Origin: an uncultured Gemmatimonadales bacterium
Lineage (GTDB): Bacteria; Gemmatimonadota; Gemmatimonadetes; Gemmatimonadales; GWC2-71-9
Assembly (NCBI GenBank): GCA_963828735.1
Contig: CAWHFW010000005.1
Coordinates: forward strand, 832,001-896,000
DNA: 64,000 nt
Direction of reading: 5' to 3'
The notes beneath the pieces were generated by a model that made no database searches, was not told the DNA's origin, and was given only the letters and a program-made list of their open reading frames with translations. A program made the position numbers and the translations under genes. How positions within the stretch are numbered: the first letter of the stretch is position 1; each line of letters starts with the position of its first letter. Of the stretch, positions 1 through 9,815 are shown piece after piece.

Positions 1-661
1 GCCGGCGTCGCGATCGTCGGCGGCGACACCAAGGTCGTCGAGCACGGCAAGACGGACCGCATGTACATCACGACCACGGGCCTCGGCCGGCGCATGCCGG
101 GACGTGTCGGTCGCGCGCGGCCTCGGTCCGCCCCGGCGACAAGGTGCTGCTGTCCGGTCCCATCGGCGATCATGGCATCACCATCCTCCTCGCGCGCGGC
201 GAGCTCGACCTCGAGGCGGACCTGCGCTCCGACACCCGCCCGGTGCTGCCGCTCGTCGAGGCCATCGCGTCGGTCGCGGGCCCCGGCATCCGCTGGATGC
301 GGGATCCCACCCGCGGCGGCGTCGCCACGTCGCTGAACGAGCTCGCGCTCGAGTGCGGCCTCGCCGTCCATCTGGAGGAGGAGTCGATCCCGGTGCGCGA
401 CCAGGTCCGCGGGGCCTGCGAGCTGCTCGGCCTCGATCCGCTCCATATCGCCAATGAAGGCCAGTTCCTCGCGGTGGTCGCTCCCGAGCTCGCCGACCGC
501 GGCGCTCGACGCCCTGCGCGCGGCGCCCGGCGGCGCCGAGGCGGCGCTGATCGGCGAGGTGCACGAACAGCCGGCGGCCGCCGTCCTGGTGACGACCCGC
601 TACGGCGGCAGCCGGATCGTCGACATGCTCGTCGGGCGATCCGCTCCCCAGGATCTGCTAG
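1..661 (+). CDS. hypE: Hydrogenase maturation protein HypE (5'-truncated by window edge, apparent frameshifts)
   Basis: Pieced across frames: GGDTKVVE..MYITTTG, SGPIGDHG, MRDPTRGG, GLDPLHIANEG, and the C-terminal LPRIC* (ctc ccc agg atc tgc tag, ending 661) typical of HypE. Confidence 0.92.
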
Positions 662-668
662 GCGGCCG

Positions 669-1865
669 ATGGCGATCACCTCAGCGTCTGCCCGTGCAGG
701 TCGAAGAGAAGCTGCTCGCTGCGGAATCGCGTCTTCGAGCGCTTCTTCGAGCGGGAGGCGCTGCGTCTCGCACACGCGTGCCGCGAGATGTCGGAGCGTT
801 TCCTGCGCGGCGGGCGCCTCTCGCCTTCGGACGCGGCCCCTACGCAACCGATGCGCAGCACGTGTCGGTCGAGTTCGTGCATCCCGTCATCGTCGGCAAG
901 CGCGCGCTCCCGGCGCTCGATCTCTCGCTCGACTTCGGGCCGTGGCTCGAGGCGCTCGTGCAGCCGGACGACATGGTGATGGGCTTCGGTCCGCCCGAGG
1001 GCGATCCCGAGGTGGCCGCGGCGCTGCGCCGGCGCCGCGCGCCGCGGCGCCATGACGTTCGCGCTGCCCGGCGACGAGGGCGCGTACGCCGTCTCGCGGG
1101 ATGACCCAGGACCCGTTCATGCATCAGGAGCTGATCGAGATCCTGTATCACACGCTCTGGGAGACGGTGCACGTCTTCTTCGAGCATCGCGAGCTGGGCC
1201 ACGACGTCGGCGAGGCGGGGTTCCTCTATCCGTTTCTCGGCAAGGAGAAGCAGGAGACGGCCGAGCACTGGTCGCACGAGGTGGCGGACTCGATCCGGAT
1301 GAAGGTCTCGGACGACGCGACGCTCCGGACGCAGGTGGCGCCGCGAGCAGGCCGACCAGATCGGCGAGCGCGACGGTCGCGATCCACGAGCGGCTCGCCC
1401 GCGGCGGCAAGCTCATCCTCTTCGGCAACGGCGGCTCGGCGACCGACGCCAACGACTGGGCGATCGACTGCGTGGCGCCCCCCGCGGGCTCACCGCCGGT
1501 GCCGGCCATCTCGCTCGTCGCTCGAGCCCGCCACGCTCAGCGCGATCGCCAACGACGTGGGCACGGATGTCGATCTTTCTTCGCCAGCTCATCGCGCACG
1601 CGCGGCCCGACGATGTCGCCGTCGGCATCTCCACCAGCGGCGGCTCGCGCAACGTGATGATCGCCCTGGCCGAGGCGCGCAAGCGCGGCCTGCTCACCGT
1701 CGCGCTGCTCGGCTACGACGGCGGCGAGATCCGGCGGCAGCGGACTCGCCGACCTACTGCATCGTGGTCGGCTCGGACTACATCCCGCGGATCCAGGAAG
1801 TGCAGGCATCGATCTACCACGTGATGCGCGAGAGCCTGGAGGGGCTGCGCCATGCCCAGGCTTGA
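669..1865 (+). CDS. Tandem SIS-domain (GmhA/phosphoheptose isomerase-like) protein, apparent frameshifts
   Basis: Domain 1: RGGRL.AFGRGPYATDAQHVSVEFVHPVIVGKRALPA. Domain 2: GGKLILFGNGGSATDA, AIAND, GISTSGGSRN, RIQEVQ. Segments lie in different frames. Confidence 0.8.
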
Positions 1866-2087
1866 GCTGTTCGGCACGGCCACCTGTCCCTATACCCGCG
1901 ACCTGCGGGAGCTGGCTGGACATGCGCGGCGCCAGCTTCGAGGAGTACGACGTCGAGACCGACGCGGCCGCGCGCGCGCGCATGCGCGCACTGGCCGGCG
2001 CCGAGCGCACGGTGCCCGATCCTGGTGGAGGACGGCCGGGTCGTGCAGGTCGGCTGGCAGGGACGCGGCTGCACGGTGAGCGCCTGA
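1852..2087 (+). CDS. Small glutaredoxin-like protein (CPYT motif, C-terminal GRGC; resembles Uxx-star family, Cys form), apparent frameshifts
   Basis: MPRLELFGTATCPYT...FEEYDVETDAAARARM...RTVP.LVEDGRVVQVGWQGRGCTVSA* reconstructed over frames. Confidence 0.7.
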
Positions 2088-2091
2088 CCCG

Positions 2092-4373
2092 ATGAGCCGC
2101 ACCGCCTGCTCGGTCCGCGTCCGCGGCGTGGTCCAGGGCGTCGGATTCCGGCCATTCGTGTACCGGCTGGCCTGCGCCAACACGCTGGCCGGGTGGGTGC
2201 TGAACGGAGAGGACGGCGTCGAGATTCACCTCGAAGGGGCGCAGGACCGCCTCGAGGCCTTCGTGCGCGACCTGCAGGCGCAGGCGCCGCCCGCGGCCGA
2301 CATCACCGCCGTCGACGTGCATGCCGCGACGCCCACGGGCCTCGACGACTTCACCATCCGCTTCAGCCGCCGCCAGCGACAGCCCACCGTCGCGCATCTC
2401 GCCCGACCTCGCCGGTGTGCGACCGACTGCCTCACGGAGCTGCTTCGACCCGGCCGATCGGCGCTACGAGTATCCCTATATCAACTGCACCGACTGCGGG
2501 CCGCGCTACTCCATCATTCAGCGGCTGCCCTACGACCGCGCCGCGACGACGATGGCGGGGTGGCGGATGGACCCACTCTGCGATCGCCAGTATCACGACC
2601 CCTGGTGCCGCCGGTTCCACGCCCAGCCGATCGCCTGCCCCGCCTGCGGCCCCGGCTACCGGCTCGAGCCAGGAGGTGAGGGGTTGGAGAGCGCCGCGGC
2701 GATTCGACCGGACCGCGGAGCTGCTCCGGTCGGGCGCCATCGTCGCGATCAAGGGACTGGGCGGCTACCATCTCGCCTGCGACGCGCGCCAAGCGACCGT
2801 CGGTGGATGCGCTCCGTACGCGAAAGTTTCGGAAGGAGAAGCCGTTCGCTCTGATGGTGAGGGATGTCGCCGTCGCGCGAACGATCATCGAGCTGTCGGC
2901 CGAGGCCGAGGCCCTGCTGACCGGCGCCCGCTCGGCCGATCGTGCTCGCGCCGGCGCGGGTCCATCTCGCTCACGTCGCGCCCGACAACGCCGAGCTCGG
3001 CGTCATGCTGCCCTACACGCCGCTGCACCACCTGCTGTTCGCGGCCGGGGCGCCGGATGTCCTGGTCATGACGAGCGCCAATCGCTCGAGCGAGCCGATC
3101 GCGTACGAGGATGACGACGCCCGGGAGCGCCTGGCGGACCTGGCCGATGCGTTCCTGGTCGGCGAGCGGCCGATCGCGCGCCGCGCTCGAGGACTCCGTC
3201 GCGCGCGCCGGACCGCTCGGCCCCGTCGTTCTCCGGCGCGCGCGCGGCTACGCTCCCGCGTCGGTCGGTTTCATTCCGACCGATCGGCCGGTCCTGGCGC
3301 TGGGCGCGGACCTCAAGAACACCGTCACGCTCGTCGTGGACGGCCAGGCCTTCGTCAGCCAGCATATCGGCGACCTGGACGACGCGCAGTCCCTGCGCGC
3401 CTACCGTGAGACCATCGATGACCTGCTGGCGATGTACGACGTCGCGCGCGAGGATCTGCTGGTGGCCCGGGACGCGCATCCCCACTATCGGTCCGCCGCG
3501 GAGGCGCTCGAGCTTGCCGCGCCGGAGGTGAGGACCGTCCAGCATCATCGGGCGCACATCGCCTCGGTCCTCGTGGAGCGGGGGGCCTGGCGGACGCGGG
3601 TGCTCGGCCTGGGATTCGATGGCACCGGGTACGGGGACGACGGGACCATCTGGGGCGGCGAGGTGTTCGTGGGGACGATCGAGGATGGCTTCGAGCGCGT
3701 CGCGCACCTCCGCCCGGCGGCGCTGCCGGGCGGCGATGCCGCGGCCCGGAACCCGGTGCAGGCCGCTGCCGGCTTCCTGGCCCAGCTCCCCGACCTGCCC
3801 GATCTCCGGCGGCGGCCGTTCGATTTTCCCGACCGTTACGCGAACGCGCTCCGCCTGCTCCAGTCCCGCACACGTGTCTTCTCGACTACCTCAGCGGGAC
3901 GCCTCTTCGACGCCGCCGCGGCGCTCCTGGGGTTCGTGCGACCGATCACGTTCGAGGGTCAAGCCGCCATCTGGACCGAGCAGCTGGCCCGAACGGCGCC
4001 GCCCGTCGAGCCGTATGCCTTTCCCTACGACCATGGAGAGCTGGACTGGAGGCCGCTGCTCGGCGCCGTCGTGGAGGACCGGCGGCGCGGTCGCGCCGCC
4101 GGCGAGATCGCCCGCGCGTTCCACGTTGGCCTCGCGCACGGACTGGCGGAGGCGGCAGCATCCCTCTGTCGCGCACTTCGGCTCGACATCGTCGTCGCCT
4201 CCGGCGGCGTGTTTCAGAGCGGATTGCTGCTCGAGGAGCTCGCGCCACGCCTGCGGCGCGCGAAGCTCGAGCTCTGGATCAACCACGCCGTGCCACCGAA
4301 CGACGGCGGCGTCAGCCTGGGGCAGGCCGGACTGGCCGCACTCGGACCATGCACGAGCTCTCGATTGCGCTGA
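2092..4373 (+). CDS. hypF: Carbamoyltransferase HypF (apparent frameshifts in 5' half)
   Basis: Acylphosphatase [13 protein letters not shown], Zn fingers ([26 protein letters not shown]), [30 protein letters not shown]. Confidence 0.93.
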
Positions 4374-4693
4374 GCATCGTCGATCTGGCGCAAGAGGAGG
4401 CCGAGCGCCAGGGCGGCCGCGTGTGCGCCGTGCACCTTCGCCTCGGTGCGCTCGCGGGCGTGGTGAAGGAAGCCCTGCTGTCCTCGTACGAGATGGCGTG
4501 CGCGGAAACGCCGCTCGCGGGATCGCGGCTGGTCATCGAGGAGCTGCCCGTGGTCGTGTTCTGTCCCGAGTGCCGCGCTCTGCGGTCGCTGAGCAGCGTC
4601 CAGGCGTTCAGCTGCTCCGAGTGCGGGGCGCCGACGCCGGAGATCCGGCAGGGGAAGGAGCTGGAGATGGTGGCCCTGGAGATCGAGACATGA
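4349..4693 (+). CDS. hypA: Hydrogenase Ni metallochaperone HypA
   Basis: N-terminal MHE, two CxxC motifs (CPEC, CSEC), GKEL tail. Confidence 0.95.
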   Translation: MHELSIALSIVDLAQEEAERQGGRVCAVHLRLGALAGVVKEALLSSYEMACAETPLAGSRLVIEELPVVVFCPECRALRSLSSVQAFSCSECGAPTPEIRQGKELEMVALEIET

Positions 4694-5385
4694 GCCGAGA
4701 GCCGCGACTGGTCGAGGTCAGGAAGAACGTGCTCAAGCAGAACGACGTGGTGGCCCGTGAGCTGCGGAGTCGCTTCCGTGAGGCGGGCGTCTTCGTCGTG
4801 AGCCTGGTCTCGAGCCCGGGCGCCGGCAAGACGACGCTGCTCGAGCGCACGCTCACGCTGCTCCACGCCCGGCATCGCGTGGCGGCGCTGGTCGGCGATC
4901 TGGCCACGGAGAACGACGCGGCCAGACTCAAGCGGAGCGGCGCCCGCGTGGAGCAGATCGTGACGGGAACCGTCTGCCACCTCGAGGCGGCGATGATCCA
5001 GCGCGCCATCGAAGGGTGGGAGCTCGACCGGCTGGACTTTCTCTTCGTCGAGAACGTGGGAAACCTCGTCTGCCCGGCGTCGTACGACCTGGGGGAGGAC
5101 CTCCGCTTCGTGGCGATCTCCGTCACCGAGGGCGAGGACAAGCCGCTCAAGTATCCCACCATCTTCAACAGTGCGGACGTGGCGCTCGTGACGAAGCTCG
5201 ACCTCGCCGACGCCGTCGGCTTCGATTGGCCTGGTGCGGCCGCCAACATCCAGGCGGTTCGCCCCGGGATGGAGACGATCCGGCTCTCCGCCCGCACCGG
5301 CGAAGGCATGGACCGGTTTCTCGGTCTCCTCGAGCGGCACCGGGCCGACGCCCGCGGGGTCTCCGTCGCGGACACGCTCCCGTGA
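4690..5385 (+). CDS. hypB: Hydrogenase Ni incorporation GTPase HypB
   Basis: SSPGAGKT, TGTVCHLEA, ENVGNLVCPA, EGEDKPLKYP; ATGA overlap with hypA. Confidence 0.95.
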   Translation: MSREPRLVEVRKNVLKQNDVVARELRSRFREAGVFVVSLVSSPGAGKTTLLERTLTLLHARHRVAALVGDLATENDAARLKRSGARVEQIVTGTVCHLEAAMIQRAIEGWELDRLDFLFVENVGNLVCPASYDLGEDLRFVAISVTEGEDKPLKYPTIFNSADVALVTKLDLADAVGFDWPGAAANIQAVRPGMETIRLSARTGEGMDRFLGLLERHRADARGVSVADTLP

Positions 5386-6191
5386 CCAGTCTCGCCGTCA
5401 TCGTCGCGCTCGGGTTCTTTCTCGGCATGCGGCACGCGACCGATCCGGACCACGTGATCGCCGTCAGCACCATCGTCTCGCGCCACCGCCGTCCCCGCCA
5501 CGCCGCGCTGATCGGGATCGCCTGGGGCATCGGCCACACGCTCACGATCCTCGCCGTGGGCGGGGGCATCATCCTCCTCGGGTGGGTCATTCCGGCTCGG
5601 GTGGGGCTCTCGCTCGAGTTGTCCGTCGGGGTCATGCTGATGGTCCTCGGCGCGCTCACGCTGCGGGGCGCGATCCGGCAGGTGACGGAGCGCGTGGCGG
5701 AGGCGGCCCACGATGACGGCGTGACGCACACGCACCCTCACCGTCACGGCGACTACGTCCACACGCACCCCCATCATCACGAGCCCGACGTGCACCCGCA
5801 TGCGGCCGAGCAGACGCCGCTGGCCAGGCTCGACCGATGGCTCGGCGGGATGACGCTGTATCAGCTGGTCCGGCCGTTCGTCGTCGGACTGGTCCACGGA
5901 TTGGCCGGCTCGGCCGCGGTGGCCTTGCTCGTGCTGGGCGCGATCGGCAACAGCCGGTGGGCGATCGCCTACCTGCTCGTGTTCGGGCTGGGAACGGTGG
6001 TGGGGATGGTGCTGGTGACGGCGATGGTTGCGTGGCCCTTCACGTATGCCACGGTCCGTTCCGACCGGCTCCAGCGGGGCCTGCGGCTCGCGTCGGGCGT
6101 GATCAGCGTCGGGTTCGGCCTCGCGCTCGCCTATCGCATCGGGCTGGTCGACGGACTGTTCGGGGCGAATCCGACCTGGATGCCCCGCTGA
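5382..6191 (+). CDS. High-affinity nickel/cobalt transporter (NiCoT/HoxN-like)
   Basis: GMRHATDPDH motif, His-rich loop HTHPHRHGDYVHTHPHHH, GLVHGLAGS, multiple TM segments; GTGA overlap with hypB. Confidence 0.85.
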   Translation: MTSLAVIVALGFFLGMRHATDPDHVIAVSTIVSRHRRPRHAALIGIAWGIGHTLTILAVGGGIILLGWVIPARVGLSLELSVGVMLMVLGALTLRGAIRQVTERVAEAAHDDGVTHTHPHRHGDYVHTHPHHHEPDVHPHAAEQTPLARLDRWLGGMTLYQLVRPFVVGLVHGLAGSAAVALLVLGAIGNSRWAIAYLLVFGLGTVVGMVLVTAMVAWPFTYATVRSDRLQRGLRLASGVISVGFGLALAYRIGLVDGLFGANPTWMPR

Positions 6192-6239
6192 CATTCGGGC
6201 GCGCGCGCTCCTGAGGCGGTCGCGCCGAAGCGGTCGTCA

Positions 6240-8690
6240 TCACTCGCCGTACGGCACCCAGATGTTCTTCACCTGGGTCGCCTGCTCCAGGAACTCCTCT
6301 CCCTCATTTCTCGCATCGGTCCAGTCGCGGGCGTGCCCGTGGTCCACCCAGGTGCGTTTCATGTTGCCCGCGGAGAGGCGCTCCACCTCGGCGGCGCCTT
6401 CCGCGCTCCCGAAGTACCAGACTCCGTCCACGTCGTCGTGCGCGGCCAGCACCGGCGCGAGCTCATCGCGAACGCCCGTGACGATGTTCACGACGCCGCC
6501 CGGCACGTCGGAGGTGTCCAGCACTTGGTAGAGATCCGTCGCGAGCAGCGGAGCCCGCGAGGACGGCACCGCGACGACCCTGTTGCCCATGGCGATCGCC
6601 GGCAAGACTGCGGAGACGAGCCCCAGCAGCGAGGGTGCCTCGGGACAGACGACGCCGAGGACCCCGATCGGCTCAGGCATGGCGAGGGTAATGTTCCGGT
6701 AGGGCGTATGGTGAACGAAACCGTCGTACTTGTCCGCCCAGGCGGCATAGGAGTAGATGCGCTCGATCGCGAGCGCCACCTCCCGCTCGCCCGACGCCTC
6801 GTCGCCCGTGAACGACGCGATCCGACCGGCGAACTCCTCGCCGCGCGCCGCCAGATTCTCCGCGAGGTAGAACAACACCTGAGCCCGGTTGTGCGCCGTG
6901 GCGTGCGCCCACCCCGCGGCCTTGCGGGCGGCCTCCACCGCGTTGCGCACGTCCTTGCGATTGCCGTGGCCGACCTCGCCGACGCGTCGGCCCTCGGCAT
7001 CGAGCACGGGCAAGCTGTACCCTGAATCCGGTCGCACCTGCTTGCCGCCGATGTAGAGCTTCGGCGTCCGGTCGATCGGCGGCACGGGCAGATGGTCGGA
7101 CCGTCGGGCGGGCGGGCGGGCGGACGAGTCGCGCGCGATCCGCTGCTCGGAGCGCCGGGTCGCATTGGCGCCCTTGCTCCCTTTTGCCCTGTCGCGCCGA
7201 CCATCCGACGGTACGCCCGTCCGACCGGCCGTCCACCTGACATACTCTCTCAGCCCCTCCCGACCCCCCTCCCGCCCGAAGCCGCTCTCGCGATATCCGC
7301 CGAAGCCGCTGGCGGCGTCGAAGACGTTGGTGCAATTAATCCACACCGTTCCCGCCTGGAGCTGCGGGGCGACATCCAGTGCCAGGTTGATGTTCTCGGT
7401 CCACAGGCTGGCCGCGAGGCCGTAACGCGTGTTGTTGGCCAGCTCGACGGCCTCCACGGGCGTACGGAAGGTCATCAGCACGACCACCGGACCGAAGATC
7501 TCCACCTGCGCGATGGTCGCGGCGGGCGCGACCTCCGTGAACAGCGTCGGCGGGAAGAACCAGCCCTCGCGCGGACAGCTCCACGAGGGCTGCCACAGCT
7601 CCGCGCCCTCTTCCTGTCCGCGCCGCACCAGCTCCTGGATCTTCTGCAGCTGGACCGGCGCGATGATGGCGCCCATGTCCACGGCCTTGTCGAGCGGATC
7701 GCCGACGCGGAGCGTCTCCATCCGGGCCTTGAGCTTGGCCACGAGGCGCTCCGCCACGCCTTCCTGCACCAGGATGCGCGACCCGGCGCAGCAGACCTGG
7801 CCCTGATTGAACCAGATCGCGTCCACCACGCCCTCGACCACGCTGTCGAGGTCCGCGTCGGGGAACACGATGAATGGCGACTTGCCGCCCAGCTCGAGCG
7901 ACAGCTTCTTCCCGCTCCCGGCCGTCGCGGTGCGGATGATCCGCCCGACCTCCGTCGAGCCGGTGAACGCGATCTTGTCGATGTCGGGGTGGGCCACGAT
8001 CGCCTCGCCCGTGCGCCCATCGCCGGTGATGATGTTGACGACCCCGGGCGGGAGCCCGACTTCGTCGCACAGCTCCGCGAAGCGGAGCGCCGTGAGCGAC
8101 GTGAACTCGGCGGGCTTGAGCACCACCGTGTTTCCCATGGCCAGCGCGGGCGCGATCTTCCAGGCCAGCATGAGCAGCGGAAAGTTCCAGGGGATGATCT
8201 GCCCGATGACGCCCACCGGCTCCCGCCCCGGGAGCTCCCGTGCCATGAGCTGCGCCCAGCCCGCGTGATAATAGAAATGACGCGCCACCAGCGGCACATC
8301 GATGTCGCGCGACTCCCGGATCGGCTTCCCGTTGTCGAGCGACTCGAGCACGGCGAACAGGCGGCTGTGCTTCTGGACCTGCCGGGCGATGGCGTAGAGG
8401 TATCGGGCCCGGCCGTGGCCGCCGAGGCCCCACCACGCCGCTTGCGCGGCCCGCGCGGCGCGGACCGCTCGATCCACGTCGGCCGCGCCGGCCTGCGTCA
8501 GCCGGGCGAGTGGCTTGCCGGTCGCCGGATTCAGCGACTCGAAGGTCTCGCCGCCCGGGGCGGTCCACGTCCCGCCGATGAACAGCCCGAATCGACGCTC
8601 ATGCTGGTCCAGCCAGGCGTGCGCGGGCGCCACCGCCTCCGGGGCGGGACCGTACGCCATCGTCCCGAAGATGTCGGGAATGGAGGTCAT
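6240..8690 (-). CDS. Double-domain aldehyde dehydrogenase (ALDH16-like)
   Basis: IIPWNFP, FTGSTEVG, LELGGKSP, catalytic GQVCCAGS, EIFGPV, followed by a second partial ALDH fold ending KNIWVPYGE. Confidence 0.9.
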   Translation of the reverse strand: MTSIPDIFGTMAYGPAPEAVAPAHAWLDQHERRFGLFIGGTWTAPGGETFESLNPATGKPLARLTQAGAADVDRAVRAARAAQAAWWGLGGHGRARYLYAIARQVQKHSRLFAVLESLDNGKPIRESRDIDVPLVARHFYYHAGWAQLMARELPGREPVGVIGQIIPWNFPLLMLAWKIAPALAMGNTVVLKPAEFTSLTALRFAELCDEVGLPPGVVNIITGDGRTGEAIVAHPDIDKIAFTGSTEVGRIIRTATAGSGKKLSLELGGKSPFIVFPDADLDSVVEGVVDAIWFNQGQVCCAGSRILVQEGVAERLVAKLKARMETLRVGDPLDKAVDMGAIIAPVQLQKIQELVRRGQEEGAELWQPSWSCPREGWFFPPTLFTEVAPAATIAQVEIFGPVVVLMTFRTPVEAVELANNTRYGLAASLWTENINLALDVAPQLQAGTVWINCTNVFDAASGFGGYRESGFGREGGREGLREYVRWTAGRTGVPSDGRRDRAKGSKGANATRRSEQRIARDSSARPPARRSDHLPVPPIDRTPKLYIGGKQVRPDSGYSLPVLDAEGRRVGEVGHGNRKDVRNAVEAARKAAGWAHATAHNRAQVLFYLAENLAARGEEFAGRIASFTGDEASGEREVALAIERIYSYAAWADKYDGFVHHTPYRNITLAMPEPIGVLGVVCPEAPSLLGLVSAVLPAIAMGNRVVAVPSSRAPLLATDLYQVLDTSDVPGGVVNIVTGVRDELAPVLAAHDDVDGVWYFGSAEGAAEVERLSAGNMKRTWVDHGHARDWTDARNEGEEFLEQATQVKNIWVPYGE

Positions 8691-8715
8691 GGGGCCTCGA
8701 GCATGAAGGGTGGCT

Positions 8716-9729
8716 TCACCCCGTGGGATGTCGGTGCGCGGCCGAGTACCGCCCGGTGACGAAGTGTTCGAGCTGCCGTTCGATGTCGGTGAGAAGCGAG
8801 CTCGCGCCGAACCGGAACAGATCGGGACGCAGCCAGCGATCGCCCAGCTCGTCCTTGATCAGCGCGAGCCAGTCCAGCGACTCCCTGGCGGCGCGGATCC
8901 CGCCGGCCGGCTTGAGGCCGACGAGGTGGCCGGTGCGCTCGCGGTACTCGCGAATGGCGCGGGCCATCACCAGCCCGACCGGAAGCGTGGCGTTGACGCC
9001 TTCCTTCCCCGTCGACGTCTTGATGAAGTCGGCCCCCGCCATCATGCAGACCAGGCTGGCGCGCGCGACGGTGCGAAGCGTGCCGAGCTCGCCGGTGGCC
9101 AGGATCGTCTTGATGTGCGCGTCACCGCAGGCCTCCCGCATGGCGCGCACCTCGTCGTAGAGGGCGCGCCAGTTTTCGGTGAGCGCGTGCGCGCGGGTGA
9201 TCACGACGTCGATTTCCTCCGCGCCCGCGGCTACCGAGGCGCGGATCTCGCCGATCCGCTGCGGGAACGGCGAGAGCCCCGCGGGAAACCCGGTCGACAC
9301 CGCCGCGACCGGAATGCCGGAGCCTTCGAGCGCTTCCACCGCGGTATCGACGAACGTGTGGTAGACGCAGACCGCGCCGACCCTGATCGGCAGCTGGGTC
9401 GCTCCCATCGCCTCGAGCAGGTCCTCGCGGACCGGGCGGCGGGCCTTGGCACAGAGCCGGCGCACCCGGCCGGGCGTGTCGTCTCCCGACAGCGTCGTCA
9501 GGTCCATCAGCGTCACCGCCCGGAGCAGCCACGCCGCCTGCCATTGCTTCTTGACCGTTCGCCTGGTGCGCAGCGTGGCCGCCCGCCGCTCGACGGCGCT
9601 GCGATTGACCCGCGCCTCCTCCACCCAGTCCAGTTCCAGCGGCATCCCGGGATTCCGGGGCGCGACGGGAACGTCGAATGGGGCGGCGGACGAGTCGGCG
9701 ATCACACCTCGGGCATGCGGGTCGGACAT
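8716..9729 (-). CDS. deoC: Deoxyribose-phosphate aldolase (long form)
   Basis: MDLTTLSGDDT, AVCVY, GFPAG, EIDVV, GADFIKTSTGK, KPAGGIR, RFGASSLL. Confidence 0.93.
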   Translation of the reverse strand: MSDPHARGVIADSSAAPFDVPVAPRNPGMPLELDWVEEARVNRSAVERRAATLRTRRTVKKQWQAAWLLRAVTLMDLTTLSGDDTPGRVRRLCAKARRPVREDLLEAMGATQLPIRVGAVCVYHTFVDTAVEALEGSGIPVAAVSTGFPAGLSPFPQRIGEIRASVAAGAEEIDVVITRAHALTENWRALYDEVRAMREACGDAHIKTILATGELGTLRTVARASLVCMMAGADFIKTSTGKEGVNATLPVGLVMARAIREYRERTGHLVGLKPAGGIRAARESLDWLALIKDELGDRWLRPDLFRFGASSLLTDIERQLEHFVTGRYSAAHRHPTG

Positions 9730-9815
9730 GGGTGGGAACATACTCCGCGAGACGAGCCTGGCGCCATGCGCCGCCCTCGGCGCGAGAGGGACCCGAGCCG
9801 GGTCCGCGCGAGCGG

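Noticed and set aside
669..1865. LPS heptose biosynthesis locus (gmhA)
   Set aside because: No hldE, gmhB or waa genes nearby; the context is hydrogenase maturation and the first domain is degenerate.
2060..2095. Selenocysteine read-through in the glutaredoxin-like gene
   Set aside because: The relevant codon is TGC (Cys); the TGA comes after TVSA and just before the hypF start, so it is a normal stop.
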